Below are positions 1 to 13,425 of a stretch of 64,000 nucleotides of DNA, in pieces. The stretch spans positions 106,828,001-106,892,000 of the forward strand of contig NC_086107.1 of assembly GCF_963921235.1 (NCBI RefSeq), given 5' to 3'. The translations under genes and the position numbers were made by a program. This DNA comes from Mobula hypostoma. Taxonomy: Eukaryota. The notes below the pieces were generated by a model. The model was not told the origin of the DNA. It saw only the letters and a list, made by a program, of their open reading frames with translations, and ran no database searches. Numbering within the stretch: position 1 is the stretch's first letter; each line of letters starts with the position of its first letter.

Positions 1-10
1 TGCAGAAAGT

Positions 11-520
11 GATCGCTGGTGGGATCGCTCTGCTATGGAGAGGGGAGACTGTGTTTTGATCGATGGTGGGATCGCTCTGCTATGGAGAGGGGAAACCGCC
101 TTTTGATCGCTGGTGGGATGGCTCTGCTATGGAGAGGGGAGACTGTGTTTTGATCACTGGTGGGATTGCTCTGCTATGGAGAGAGGAGACTGTGTTTTGA
201 TCACTGGTGGGATTGCTCTGCTATGGAGAGGGGAGACTGCGTTTTGATCACTGGTGGGATTGCTCAGGTATGGAGAGGGAAGACTGTGTTTTGATCGATG
301 GTGGGATCGCTCTGCTATGGAGAGGGGAGACTGCATTTTGATCACTGGTGGGATCACTCTGCTATGGAGAGGGGAGACTGCGTTTTGATCACTGGTGGGA
401 TTGCTCTGCTATGGAGAGGGGAGACTGCGCTTTGATCACTGGTGGGATTGCTCTGCTATGGAGAGGGGAGACTGTGTTTTGATCACTGGTGGGATCGCTC
501 TGCTAAGGAGAGGGAAACAC
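11..520. repeat. 47-bp minisatellite, about 11 copies
   Basis: Unit GATC(A/G)CTGGTGGGAT(T/C)GCTCTGCTATGGAGAGGGGAGACTGTGTTTT restarts at 11, 58, 105 ... 481; no unique spacers. Confidence 0.95.
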
Positions 521-2677
521 CTGCTGCTGTGTCCAGAAATTGTTACCCAGGATTTTCTGCTTTCTGGATATGGATTTGAACTATAGACTTTTTTTTTATT
601 GGTCTTACAGATTTTTTCATATTCTGTGTTGTCCCCCAATCTTTCTTGTCTGTTTTTTGTGTTCAGGGGCGGGGGATTTGGGGGTTAATGTGCCTGTCCG
701 TTTTAGTTAGTTTTTTTGTGCGGGAAAGAAGGAATTGGTGGGGTGGGTTGATGAAGATGGTGCTGCCGTTCTTTTCCTTCTCAGTTTCATGGCTATCTGG
801 AGAAGAAGAATTTCAGAGTTGTATTTTTGATAATAAGTGAACCCTTGAACCTTTGAACCTCAAAAGTATGAGAAACAAACCGGCTGATAGATTGGAGCGT
901 GCCATTGAATATCAAGGGCTAACGTATAAGGAATGAACGTCAGAGTCATAGCAGCTTATACATTCCTTTCTGGCTCAAAAGTGCAGCAGAAAAAGTGAAC
1001 ATCAGTGAGAGCGAACCTTCGAGAAATTCAGCTGCTTGGTCTAATTTTGGAACCAAAGCTGTTAGGAGTTCTGGGGCTGCGATGTCCCTGTAAAAAGCCA
1101 CAAAAAAAAACCTGAATCAGATGAAATCTGAGTGAACATCAATTTCAGGATCGGAATCAGATTTAATATCACTGGCATATGTCGTGAAATATGTTGTTAT
1201 GTAGCAGCAGTACAATGCAATACATAATTAAACTGTAGATTACAGTAAAAAGTATATATAGTTAAATAAGCAGTGGAAAAAGGGAACAAGAAAGCAGTGA
1301 AGTAGTGTTCATAGGTCAATGTCCATTCAGAAATCTGATGACAGTTTGGAATTTCTCGTAATTCACCCCCCCCCCCCCAATCTTCTTCCATTCCCCACTC
1401 TGGCCCCCCTCTTACCTCTTCTCTTCTTCTCACCTCCGCTTGGTAACCCTCCTCCTTCCCTTTCTCCCACTCTCCTCTCCTGTCAGATTCTTTCTTCTTC
1501 AGCCCTTTACCTTTTCCACACCTATCACCTCCCAGCTTCTCACTTCATTCTGCCCCCCCCCCACATCTCCACCCACCTATCTTCCCCCTCACATGGCTTC
1601 ACTTATCACCTTCTAGCTTGTAACTCCTTTCCCTCTCCCTACCTTCTTATTCTGGCTTCTTCCCCCCTCCTTTCCAGTCCTGATGAAGGGTCTCGGCAAA
1701 AGCTGTTTATTCCTCTCCACAGACCTGCTGAGTTCCTGCAGCGTTTTGCGTGTGTCACTCTAGATCTCCAGCATCTGTAGAAAAATAAAAGGGATGCAGC
1801 CACGGCTAACAGGAGATGTTATAGGCAGTAGCATGTGCAAAGGCTGCCAATAAAAAATAGCAAGCCTGGGGATTGGAAGCAGCTTAAGATTCAATAAAAC
1901 GGCTAAGAGATTGACTAAAGGAGCGAAAATAAGGTACAAGAGTTAACCTGCAAGAAATACAGCTGTTTGGTCTATGTTCGGACCAAAGCTGTAATGAGTT
2001 CTGGAGGTGTGATATCCCTGTAAAAAGCAAAAGAAAATGACACCTATTGAAAATTGAAAGGACTAGGGGTTGACGTGGAGAGGATGTTGCCTGTAGTCGG
2101 GGAGTCTGGAACCAGAGGGCACAGCCTCCGCATAGAAGGACTTCTCTTTAGAACAGAGATGAGGAGGATTTCTTTAGCCAGAGGGTGGTGAGTCTGTGGA
2201 AAGCGAATTTCCCAGTGGCCAACCATTTTAATTTCTATTCTCATTCCCTTTCCAACATGTCTGTCCATAGCGTCCCCTTTTGCCATGATGAGGCCACTCT
2301 CAGGGCAGAGGAGCATATAGCTACCCTATATTCTTTCTGGGTAGCCTCCAAGCTGATGGCATGAAAATCGATTTCTACATCCAGTAATTGTTTTTCCCTC
2401 CCCTTTCCCTCTTCTTCTATTCCCCACTCTGGCCTCTTCCCTCTTTGCACCTACGTATCACCTCCCCATGGTGCCTCTCCTCCTTCCCTTTCTCCTATGG
2501 TCCGTTCTTCTCTCCTATCAGATTCCTTCTGCACCAGCCCTTTACCTTTCCCACCTACCTGGTTTTACCTATCACCTTCCAGCTATCCCCCTTCTCCTTC
2601 CTACACGTTTATTCCGGCACCTCCCCTCTTCCATTCCAGTCCTGAAGAAGGGTTTCGGCCCCACACCTCGACTCTTT

Positions 2678-2898
2678 GCAACACACATCAAAGTTGCTGG
2701 TGAACGCAGCAGGCCAGGCAGCATCTCTAGGAAGAAGTACAGTCGACGTTTCAGGCCGAGACCCTTCGTCAGGACTAACTCGGCCTGAAACGTCGACTGT
2801 ACCTCTTCCTAGAGATGCTGCCTGGCCTGCTGCGTTCACCAGCAACTTTGATGTGTGTTGCTTGAATTTCCAGCAACTGCAGAATTCCTGTTGTTTGT
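2678..2898. mobile_element. Penelope pLTR-derived fold-back mini-insertion nested in an older Penelope 3' fragment
   Basis: Inverted arms ~2678-2760 and ~2779-2861; 12-bp TSD CCTCGACTCTTT at 2666-2677 and 2899-2910; hammerhead core on the - strand at ~2739-2778. Confidence 0.85.
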
Positions 2899-3169
2899 CC
2901 TCGACTCTTTATTCATTTCCATAGATACTCTCTGGCCTGCTGAGTTCCTTCAGCATTTTGGTGTGTTGCTGGAAAGTTCATTGCCACAAACGGCTGTGGA
3001 GGCCGAGTCATTGGGCGTGCTTAGAGTGGAGGTTGTTAGGTTCTTGTTTAGTAAGAGTGTCAAAGGTTACGGGGAGAAGGCAGGAGAACAGGGTTGAAAG
3101 GTATAATTACGAAATGGCAGGGCAGACTAATTCTGCTCCTATGTTTTCAAAGTTCATTATTCAGTGTTC

Positions 3170-4980
3170 AAAGTAAAATTTATTATCAGAGTACTTATAT
3201 ATCACCAGATACAACCCTGAGATTCTTTTTCTGCAGGTATACTTAGCAAATCTACAGAACGGTAACTGTAAAACTGTAAACATCAGGGACTGTTAACTGT
3301 AAACAAACTGTGCAAATGCAGATATAAATAAATAGCAATAAATAACAAGCATGAAATAACAATATAAGAATCCTTAAATGACTGTAGCTATCCCCTTTTG
3401 TTCAAGAGCTTGACGGTTGAAGGCTAGTACCTGTTCTTGTTCTTGAACCTGGTGGTATGAGTTCTGAGGGTCTTGTACCTTCTACCTGATGGCAGTAGCA
3501 AGAAAAGAGCATGATCTGGGTGGTGAGGATCTTTGATGATGGATGCTGCTTTTCTATGGCAACGTTTCATGTAGATGTGCTCAATAGTTGGGAGGATTTT
3601 ACCCGTGATGTACTGGGCTGAATCCATGACCTTTTGTAGGATTTTCCGCTCAAAGGCACTGGTGTTCCCACACCAGGCCTTAATGCAGCCAGTTAGCGCA
3701 TTTTCCACCACACATCTATAGAAGTTTGCCAAGGTTTTCGATGACATGCCGAACCTCTGCAGACTTCTGAGGAAGTAGAGGTGCTATTGTGCTTTCTTCA
3801 CAATTGCTTTCTGCCGAGAAGGCCCACCAGCACCTTTACTTCCTGAGAAAACTAAAGAAATTTGGCCTGTCCCCTAAAACCCTCACTAATTTTTATCGAT
3901 GCACCGTAGAAAGCATTCTTCTAGGGTGCATCACAACCTGGTATGGAAGTTGTCCTGTCCAAGACCGGAAGAAGCTGCAGAAGATCGTGAACACAGCCCA
4001 GCACATCACACAAACCAATCTTCCATCCTTGGACTCACTTTACACCGCACGCTGTCAGAGCAGTGCTGCCAGGATAATCAAGGACACCACCCACCCAGCC
4101 AACACACTTTTCATCCCTCTTCCCTCCAGGAGAAGGCTCAGGAGCTTGATGACTCATACGGCCAGATTTGGGAACAGCTTCTTTCCAACTGTGATAAGAC
4201 TGCTGAACGGATCCTGACCCGGATCTGGGCCGTACCCTCCAAATATCCGGACCTGCCTCTCAGTTTTTCTGCACTACCTTACTTTCCATTTTTCTATTTT
4301 CTATTTATGATTTATAATTTAAATTTTTAATATTTACTATCGATTTGTAATCCAGGGAGCGGGAAGAGCAGAATCAAATATCGCTGTGATGATTGTACGT
4401 TCTAGTATCAATTGTTTGGTGACAATAAAGTATAAAGTATTATATTTATATGATGGGTCCAGGACAAGTCTTCTGAGATAGTTACATCCAGGAATTTAAA
4501 GCTACTGACCCTCTGATGATAATTGGCTCATGGACCTCTGGATTCCCTCTCCTGAAGTCTACAATCAGTTTCTTGGTCTTATTGAGTGAGAGGTTGTTGT
4601 GATTACACCACTCGGCCACGTTTTCAATCTCCCTCCTGTGTGCTGATTCATCACCCCCCTTTGATACGGCCCACAACAGTGGTGTCATCAGCAAACTTGT
4701 ATCTGGTGTTGGAGCTGTACTTAGTCACACAGTCACCGGTGTGAAGTGAGTAGATTACGGGGCTAAGCACACAGCCCTGTGGTGCTCCTGTGCTGATGGA
4801 GATGTTGTTGCCAATCCGAACTGACTGGGGTCTACAAGTGAGGAAATCCAGGATCCGGTTGCACAAGGAGGTATTGAGGCCCAGGTCTTAGAGTTTTCTG
4901 ATTAGTTTTGAGGGGCTGGTGTTAAATGCTGAGCTGTAATCGATAAAGAGCATCCTGATGCATGCATCTTTACTGTTTTA
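3170..4980 (-). mobile_element. Degraded Rex1/Babar/L2-type LINE 3' part, interrupted by a younger copy
   Basis: ORF fragments with [21 protein letters not shown] (RT) and the C-terminal FYRCVVE...HPDHALFLLLPSGRRY. Confidence 0.8.
3807..4440 (+). mobile_element. Young Rex1/Babar/L2-type LINE 3' end
   Basis: Open C-terminal frame (LYFLRKLKKFGLSPKTLTNFYRCTVESIL...NSFFPTVIRLLN), 3'UTR and AATAAAGTATAAAGTAT tail; near-identical copy on - at ~41420-41875. Confidence 0.8.
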
Positions 4981-5099
4981 TGGTCTATGAAACAATCACA
5001 AGGAAGGCGTGCCAGCATCTTTACTTTCTTAGGAGGTGAAGGAGGGTCAGCTTGTTACTGAACACTAACAAACTTCTACTAGTAGAGCTACTAGGACTT

Positions 5100-5335
5100 G
5101 ATGTTTCAATCCCTAGGGTAAGTCGGCACTCTCGATGTTGGCAGTGGGTTTGGAGTGGTGACAAGGAGGGAGGGTAGGTACGTCATCGGGGTCATCAGGT
5201 GGGCACCCTCCTTCTTTGACGTTTCGTTGATAAGCCCACGACGTCTCCAGAGGGCTCAGCGGTGCTACCTGGTGTCCCAGATACACCCCCTTCAGTTCCA
5301 TACCCCACTTGCGGCCCAGTTGTTGTCTTTCCTTT
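5100..5335 (-). mobile_element. Probable Penelope-like 3' fragment of a distinct family
   Basis: The - strand reads CTGGAGA-CGTCG..CAAC-GAAAC-GTC, a hammerhead-like core with one substitution; it interrupts a LINE fragment. Confidence 0.45.
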
Positions 5336-5894
5336 TAATCCAAATCCAATTGCTGCTTTCTTCTGCTGCATTTGACCAGGACTATTGAGAGTATCCTCAC
5401 TGGTTGCATCCAGGTCTGGTATGGCGATTTGAATACACAGTAACATAGAAGGCTACAGAAGGTAATAGACTCAGCACAATCTCTATCATTTCTCCTCACC
5501 ATTAGTAGTATCTACAAGAGGCTTTGGCTCATGAAGAAAGAATTCACCATCAAAGACCCTCACCATCTAGGCCAGGGGTTCCCAACCTTTTTTATACCCA
5601 GACTCCGACTCCATGAGTGCCACAGAAATCTGCAGTCGACCACAATAGAGGTTGTTTAATTGATGTTTCTCTTGTGAATGTTGTCTACCTGATGAAAGCA
5701 AGTTTTCCCGTTGTATATATGCATTGAAGCGCTTGCGTGTTTGACAACAAACTGAACTTTAACAGCGGTTGAAAACATTCGGTAGGTCAGGCAGGAGAAA
5801 CAGCGTTAACAATTCAGGTTGAGGACCCTTCATTAGAACTAGGAAAGAGAATATTTAATTTTCAAATTCTTTTAAAATTTTGTGATACAGCCCA

Positions 5895-6270
5895 GTTTGG
5901 GTGGCGGGGTGGAGATCGTCTCTACCAAAGGAGGTGTAAGGCACTGCTTCCCTCTGCTAACCTACAGGTCACCTTTGGGCAAGATGTCGGACTTGCTTAG
6001 CCCCCCGAGCAGGGTCATGCGAACCCATGGGAGCAGGTGGTTGATGGTTGTATGAGCAGGTGGTGCATATCACAAGTCCTGGTTACGCGAACACCGACAC
6101 CAGGCAGGCAACCTCCGAAGAGTATTGATAATATCTGAAGTCACTCATCTTGTAAAGACACCGCCCAGAAAAAGGCAATGGCAAACCACTTCTGTAGAAA
6201 AAATTTGCCAAGACCAATCATGGTCATGGAAAGACCACGATCACCCACGCACATAACAAACGAACGAGCA
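5895..6270 (+). mobile_element. RTE/BovB-related non-autonomous element
   Basis: AAGGCAATGGCAAACCACT motif typical of BovB-related elements; short (ACGA)n-like tail. Confidence 0.5.
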
Positions 6271-6400
6271 GCACAGTAACAGGCTCTTCCAGCCCAGTGA
6301 GCCCCTGCCGCACAATTACCGCCACACGGTCAATTAACCTACTAACTCGTATGACTTTGGAATGTAGGAGGAAACTGGGACACCCAGAGGAAACCCATGC

Positions 6401-6590
6401 TGCTATGTTTTGTAACTACGTTATTAAACTCATTCAAACGAGAACACGGGAATCTCAAGTGTGAGTCTAACTAGGGGCTTACTTTAAGCAAGGCGCGCAT
6501 GTATCACATGATGTGATGCAATTGATGTATTTTTACATATAACCCATAATTAATTATTTAAATGGACAAGCGTGCTTGATCAAACAATGC
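6401..6590 (-). mobile_element. Partial LTR of the same Gypsy family
   Basis: TGCTATGTTTTGTAAC is the reverse complement of the LTR end GTTACAAAACATA(A/G)CA; truncated by a CR1 3' end. Confidence 0.65.
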
Positions 6591-6940
6591 ATAAGACAAG
6601 ACATAAGACAAGGGAGCAGAAGTCGGCCATTCGGCCCATCGAGTCTGCTCTGCCATTTTATCATGAGCTGATCCATTCTCCCATTTAGTCCCACTCCCCC
6701 GCCTTATCACCATAACCTTTGATGCCCTGGCTACTCAGATACCTATCAATCTCTGCCTTAAATACACCCAATGACTTGGCCTCCACTGCCGCCCGTGGCA
6801 ACAAATTCCATAGATTCACCACCCTCTGACTAAAAAAATTTCTTTGCATCTCTGTTCTGAATGGGCACCCTTCAATCCTTAAGTCATGCCCTCTTGTACT
6901 AGACTCTCCCATCATGGGAAACAACTTTGCCACATCTACT
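6590..6940 (-). mobile_element. CR1 LINE 3' end
   Basis: LFPMMGESSTRGHDLRIEG...[15 protein letters not shown]-terminus and short-repeat tail. Confidence 0.85.
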
Positions 6941-8759
6941 CTGTTCCTTCTCTCTGCTGGCAGCAGCGAGAAAAGAGCACGGCCTGGTTGGTGGGGGATC
7001 TCTGATGAGAGATGCTGCTTTCCTACGACAGCTGGCAGGTGAGAGGGGAACGATAGGCAGGTGAGGGAAGGGGAAAGAAGGAATGATGTAAAAAGCTGGG
7101 AGGTGATAGGTGCAAATGACAAAGGTGGAAGGTGGAATCTGATAAGCCAGTGAACCATGGCATAAAAAAGGTGAAGAGGCCTGAGGCTCTTGTACCATCT
7201 ACCTGATGGCAGCAGTGGCTTGTCTGATGGGAATCTCTGATGGCAGGTGATAATGTGCAGGCCGATCAGAGATTCTCCAGGTCCAGGCTATTGTCTGGAT
7301 TGGACAACATGTCTTAAGAGGAAAGGTTAAACAATCCAGAGCTTTCTCTTTGAAGCTATGGAGGATAAGATGCAACTTGATCGAAGTGTATAGGATTAGG
7401 CAAGGCATAGATAGTGTGGACAGCCAGCACCATTTCCCAGGGTGGCAATGGCCAATATAAGAAGATATCTGTTTATGGAGTATAGAGGAAAGTTTAGGGG
7501 AGATGTCCAACGTAGGTTTTCTTTTCCACAGAGAGTGGTGGGTGCCTGGAACACACTGCTGGGGTAGTGGTAAAGATTGATTCAATAAGGACATTGAAGA
7601 GGTTCTTAAATAGGCACATGGATAAAAAAAAAATGGAGAGTTATGGGCTGTGCAGGAGGGAAAGATGACTTTGATTGTGCAGTGATTTCATATACTGTAG
7701 CACTGCAGGTCAAAAGGTCTGTACTGTGCTGAACTGTTCTATGTTCTGTGTTCTAAGTAGAGGCTTATGGCTTATGGGAGTATTCTGCAAGGAAGTCACT
7801 GAATCAGGTTTTGACTTTACTGTGTGGAAGTGATCACAGGATTGGCAGAGGATCCAACACAATAGGTTCAAGGAAGAGCAAATGAACTGCTGCTTCACCT
7901 GTGTAGGGTGCGTGAGGTTGAGTGGGTTGGAAGGGGTGGTGTGGGTCCTGTGATGATGGGGAGAAATGAGGTGAAAGGCAACATGTTGCACCTCCTGGGG
8001 CTGTATGGAAAGGTGTCATGGAAGCAAAGCGGGTATCAGCGGAGATTGAAGAATGAACCAGGGATTTGAGTAGGAAATGGTTCCTGGAAGAGCCAAAAGC
8101 TGAGGAAAAGGGAGGGAAGAGATTGCCTGGTTGTGAAGATGGTGAAAATTATCCATACGACCATAAGACATTTGAGCTGATTTAGACCATTTGGCCCATT
8201 GAGTCTGCTCTGCTACTCTATCATGGCTGTTTTATTTTCCCTCTCAACCCCATTCCCCTGCCTTCTCCCCTTAACCTTTGTCACCCTTACTAATCAAGAA
8301 CCTATCAACCTCCACTTTAAAATGATTTTGCCTCCACAGCCGTCGGTTGCAATTAATTCCACAGATTCTCGAAATGAATACCAACTTTGTGTTTGCCTTC
8401 CTTACCATTGATCCAGTGGGGTGGGAGGAGAGAACAAAGGGGAACTCAGCTGAACAGCTTTTGGCATTGTGTTGATGAGATCAGACACCCAGACAAAACA
8501 AGATTAGATAATAAATATTCTCGATGAAACTCTTTATTTATTTATTTGTTCATTTGATCATTCATTCCTTGGTTTGTTTGTTCATCTATTTATTTATTTA
8601 TTGAGATACAACGTGGAATAGGTCTTTCCAGAACTTCAAGCCGCGCCACCCAACAACGCCCAATTTTAACCCTAGCCTAATCACAGGACAATTTACAATG
8701 GCTAATTGACCTACTAACCCATACGTCTTTGGACTGCAAGAGGAAACTGGAGCAGCCTG

Positions 8760-8990
8760 TGTTGTGTATTTAATATTTCAGTAATATTCTGAAATATATT
8801 GTTTAATTAAGCACTCTTTGTTGCTTACATAATACATTGTGGGTTATATGTAAAAGTATGTGAATGGCATACGTCATCAAGGCACCACATCATTCATGCG
8901 GGCTTTGCTTAAAGTGAACATGAAGTTAGATTCATGTTCCCAGATCTGTGTTTTTTGATTCTAATTAATTTTATGTTCCAAAACATAACA
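8760..8990 (+). mobile_element. Gypsy solo LTR inserted in a SINE
   Basis: TG...CA ends; homologous to 16716-16968; 4-bp TSD CCTG at 8756-8759 and 8991-8994. Confidence 0.85.
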
Positions 8991-9249
8991 CCTGGAGAAA
9001 ATCCATGCAGTTCATGGGGAGGATGTACAGACTCCCTCCAGATGACATTGGTATGAACTCCAAACTCCGAAGCCCCAAGCTGTAATATCATTGTGCTAAA
9101 CACTAAAGCTTTTTAAGGAAGAACGGTTAGGGTAACTTCGAGGATAATAATGGCTGTATTGATTAAAGAACATTTTGAAATGCTGCCAAGTATATATCCT
9201 GGTGGTTTAAAGACGACCTAGAGATATTTAAAAAAACACAGCTTAGGTT

Positions 9250-9810
9250 CTTTGAAAGTGATGTCACAGTTAGATAGCATTGTAAAGAGAGCTTTTGGCA
9301 CATTGGCCTTCATAAATCAAAGTACTGAGTACAGGAGTTATGTTGAAATTGCATCAGACGTTGATGAGACCGAATTTGGAATATTGTGTGCAGTTCTGCT
9401 CAACTATCTACAGGAAAGATGTCAACAAGATTGAAAGAGCACAGAGAAAATTTACAAGCACGTTGCTGGGGCTTGAGGACCTGAGTTATGGGGAAAAGGT
9501 GAATAGGTTAAGACTTATTGAGAGGTATATATTGGGGAAATGCAAGCGGGCTTGGGTCAGATGAGAACTAGAGGCCACAGTTTAAGGGTGAGAGGATACT
9601 TCATTCAGAGGGTAGCGTGAGTGTGGAACGATCTGCCAATGGAAATGGCGGAAGTGGATTTGATTACACATTTAAGATAAGTTTGGATAAGTATAAAGGA
9701 GGGATTATAAAAGTCTATGATCCAGGTGCAAGTCGATGAGATGGGGCAGCACAAACCAGATGGGCCCAAGGGTCTGTTTCTGTGCTGTAGTGCTCTGTGA
9801 GTCTATAACT
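9250..9810 (+). mobile_element. Degraded CR1 3' fragment
   Basis: RPNLEYCVQF...IERAQRKFT CR1 ORF2 motifs. Confidence 0.8.
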
Positions 9811-10514
9811 CCGTCCTTGCTCAGAAGGGGGAGGCGAGAGTTTGTGTAGTAAGCAAGACAAGCCCAGTTGAGAGCCTTAATGATTATGGTGGCGGGGAAG
9901 CCATGGCTAAGGAAAAAGGAAGTGACCTCAGAAGAACTAGTATGGGAAGTTGCATGATGGGAACAGTCAATACGTTGGGCCCAGAATAGATCCTCTGAGA
10001 TGTTGACACCCAGGAAGTTGAAGCTGCCTCACCCTCTCCACTACAAACCCCACAACGACAACTGGTGTGTGTGCTCCTGACTTCCCCTTCCTGAAGTCTA
10101 CAATCAACTCCTTGGGCTTACTGACGGTGAGTACAAGGTCGTTGTGACACCACTCAGCCAGCTGATTTATCTCACTCTGTATGCTGACTTGACAGCATCT
10201 GAGATTTGCCATCTGCAGTTATGTAATTGGTGAACTTACAGATGGTGTTTGAGCTGTGCATAGCCATAAATTAATGGGTGTAGTGAGAATAGAGCAGTGG
10301 GCTTAAGGGAGCATTTTTCAGATGCACCGTTGTTGATTGCCGGACAGGAGGAGATGTTAGCATGGGAGGTGTTGAACAAGAACACCATCTGCCCTCTTGG
10401 ATGGACATAGAAGATCCAACAGTTACTATATAAAGAGCACACAAGAGACTGCAGGTGCTGGAATCTGGAGCAACAAAGAATCTGCCCCGAGAACTCAGAG
10501 GCTCAAGCAGCGTC

Positions 10515-11300
10515 AGATCAGAATCAGGTTTAATATCACCGGCATATATGGTGAAATTTGTTAACTTTCCAACAGCAGTACTATGCAATACGCGATAAAT
10601 ATAGGAAAAAAATGAATTACATTAAATATGTATATTAAATAGTTAAATTATAGAAGTAACGCAAAAACAGAAATTTTAAAAAAGTAGTGAGGTCGTGTTT
10701 ATGGGTTCAATGTCCATTCAGAAATCGGATGGCAGAGGGGAAAAAGCTGTTCCTGAATCGTTGAGTGTGTGCCTTCAGGCTTCAGTACCTCCTTCCTGAT
10801 GGTGGCAATGAGAAGAGGACATGTCCTGGGTGGTGGGGGTGCTTAATGATGGACGTCGCCTTCCTGAGGCATCGCTCCTCGAAGATGTCATGGATACTAC
10901 AGAGGCTAGTACCCATGATGGAGCTGACTAATTTTACAATTTTCTGCAGCTTACTTCAATCCTGTGCAGTAGCCACACACCGCCCCTCCATACCAGACAG
11001 TGATGCAGCCAGTCAGAATGGTCTCCACGGTACATCTGTAGAAGTTTTTGAGTGTTTCAGGTGACAAACCAAATCTCCTCAATCTCCTAATGAAATATAG
11101 CTGCTGCCTTGCCTTCTTTATAGTTGCATCGATATGTTGAGACCAGGGTAGGTCTTCAGAGATCTTGACACCCAGGAACTTGAAATTGCTCACTTTTTCC
11201 ACCTCTGATCCCTTTATGAGGATTTATTTGTGTTCCCTCGTCTTACTCTTTCTGAAGTCCACGATCAGCTCATTGGTCTTGCTAATGTTGAGTGCAAAAT
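10515..11300 (-). mobile_element. Rex1/Babar/L2-type LINE 3' part
   Basis: FKFLGVKISEDLPWS...KKARQQLYFIRRLRRFG...FYRCTVETILTGCITVWYG. Confidence 0.8.
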
Positions 11301-12983
11301 CCTCACCACCCAGGCCATGCTCTTTTCTCTCTGCTGCCATCAGGTGGAAGGTACAGGAGCCTCAGGACCCGCACCACCAGGTTCAAGAACAGTTACTACC
11401 CCTCAACCCCATCAGGCTCTTGAACAAAAGAGGATAACAACACTCATTCTACTTCTGGTGTTCCCACAACCGATGGTCTCACTTTAAGGACTTTATCTTG
11501 TTATTTCATATTCTTGTTATTTGCATTTGCAGTCTGTTGTTCATTAATCCTGTTTGCAGTTACTGTTCTATAGATTAGTTGAGTATGCCTGCAGTAAAAA
11601 GAATCTCAGGATTGTATGTGGCGACATGTATGTACCCCGATAGTAAACTTTAATTAGAACTTAGAACTGTGAAGGTTGTTGCTACAACACCACACAACTA
11701 GCTGATACATCTCACTCCAGTACACCCTATCGTCACCAAGATTTTGACCCAAAACACTGACAATTTCTCTCCTCCTGTAGATGCTGTTTGACCCACTTAG
11801 TTCTTCCAGCAGATTGTTGTTCTATATAAAGAACAGTTACCATCTTCCTCATCAATTTAGAAAATAAATTCATAAATGACAAAGGAAGTAAGTTTGCTCA
11901 GTACAAGAGCAAATTGGCTGCTGCGACTGCCATATCACAAAAGTGCCTATACTTCAGTTAGATGGGATATTCTGAAGTCATAAAAATCCTTTTGTGAAAG
12001 CCAGTTATTTTTATCAATATTCTATTTTACATTCATGCAGTAGCATTGTTGAATTCTCCTAAATAACGTTTAACAAAAAATTGTTGCGATATGAATAAAT
12101 ACTGTACTCTGAAGGATAAATTAATCTATATAAAAGTTCCAAGAAACCTGAGCTTTTATGTTTGCTATGGTTGATTTAATATTTTTGCATTCAGCAACAT
12201 CAGAGGAGAGCTGGCTGTGAGCACCGAGAGAGACCAGAGAGCAGCGGGGAGTTAAATTGAAATCTGTAGACGCAACCATTAATCTGAGCCGCTTCACTGA
12301 TTATGCTGTTCCAGTGATGTACACACATATTAATTTATGTGCCTGCTGTATCAGCCCGCATCACTCCTCAGAGCCCGAGGGGAAGAGGCTGTCATTGAAG
12401 GGGGTGAAATTACCGAGGCCTCAAATCTGACAGTTTGCCAGGGCTGATTCAGTTCTGGATACCGTAGGTTACAGCAGCAAATAATATGCTGGGAGAGGGA
12501 AATGGACGGTCGACGTTTTGGGTCGAGACCCTACATCTGCACTTGCTGATGAGCTGAGTTCCTCCAGCATTTTGCTAATTGCTTCAGATCCCAGCATCTG
12601 CTGTCTCTTGGGTCTCTCTGGAAGGCGAGGTTGTGCTTGGAAGGGTCACTGGAACAGGAGAGAGAACATTATCAAGAAGACATTGGTGTGGCCTAATTTG
12701 GAGCATTCAGTCTAGTTTTGATCATCTACCTATAGGAAAGATGTCAAGAAGACTGAAAGACTACAGAGAAAATTTACAAGCATGTTGCAGGTCTTGCACA
12801 CCCGAGTTATAGAGAAAGGTTGACTAGGTTAGGACATTATTCCCTGGAGCATAGGAGAATGAGGGGTAAATTATGAGAGGTTGTATATTTAATATAAAGA
12901 GAGGTTGTATATTTAATATCTCAGTAACATTTGAATAATATTGTAAATATATGGTTTGATTAAGTATTCTTTGTTGTTTAAAT

Positions 12984-13425
12984 TGTTGTTCGTCCATCCT
13001 TGGCGTCGATGAGGACCTTGACACCATAATGATGGTGTCGAGACTAGCGTGTGATTTGGATTTAAGTGAGGGAGAGTTGTGCAGCGTCAGCCTCACTCTC
13101 TCTTCCCAATTCCCATCTGGATCCAGTGGCAAGACAGAGTCTAGATGGCTGGAGATGGGACTAGGCGCAGTGGATGACCAGGACGTCTTCTGTGTCTTGT
13201 CCTGCTCTACACGTTCCACGACGCTTGCAGAGACCGCCTTCCTGACCGTTGGACCTTCCATTGGTCTCGTCTGCTCAATCGGCTGGAATCTGTCTTCACC
13301 TGCTGGGATAGACAACTCCCTATCTCACCGAGGGTTTGAAACCCGTCGGCTACCCTCACCTGGTTTAGCTGGCTTGTCGAAGTCGTTGCCCGGGGTGTGG
13401 CCACTGTCACATGCAAACAGCTACC
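12984..13425 (-). mobile_element. RTE-derived short non-autonomous element inside the Gypsy 5' LTR
   Basis: Homologous to 37702-38227; (AAC)n tail on -; imperfect ~8-bp TSD GTTTAAAT/GTTTTAAT. Confidence 0.75.

Noticed and set aside
11..520. CRISPR array
   Set aside because: Contiguous tandem units with no unique spacers, no cas genes, eukaryotic context.
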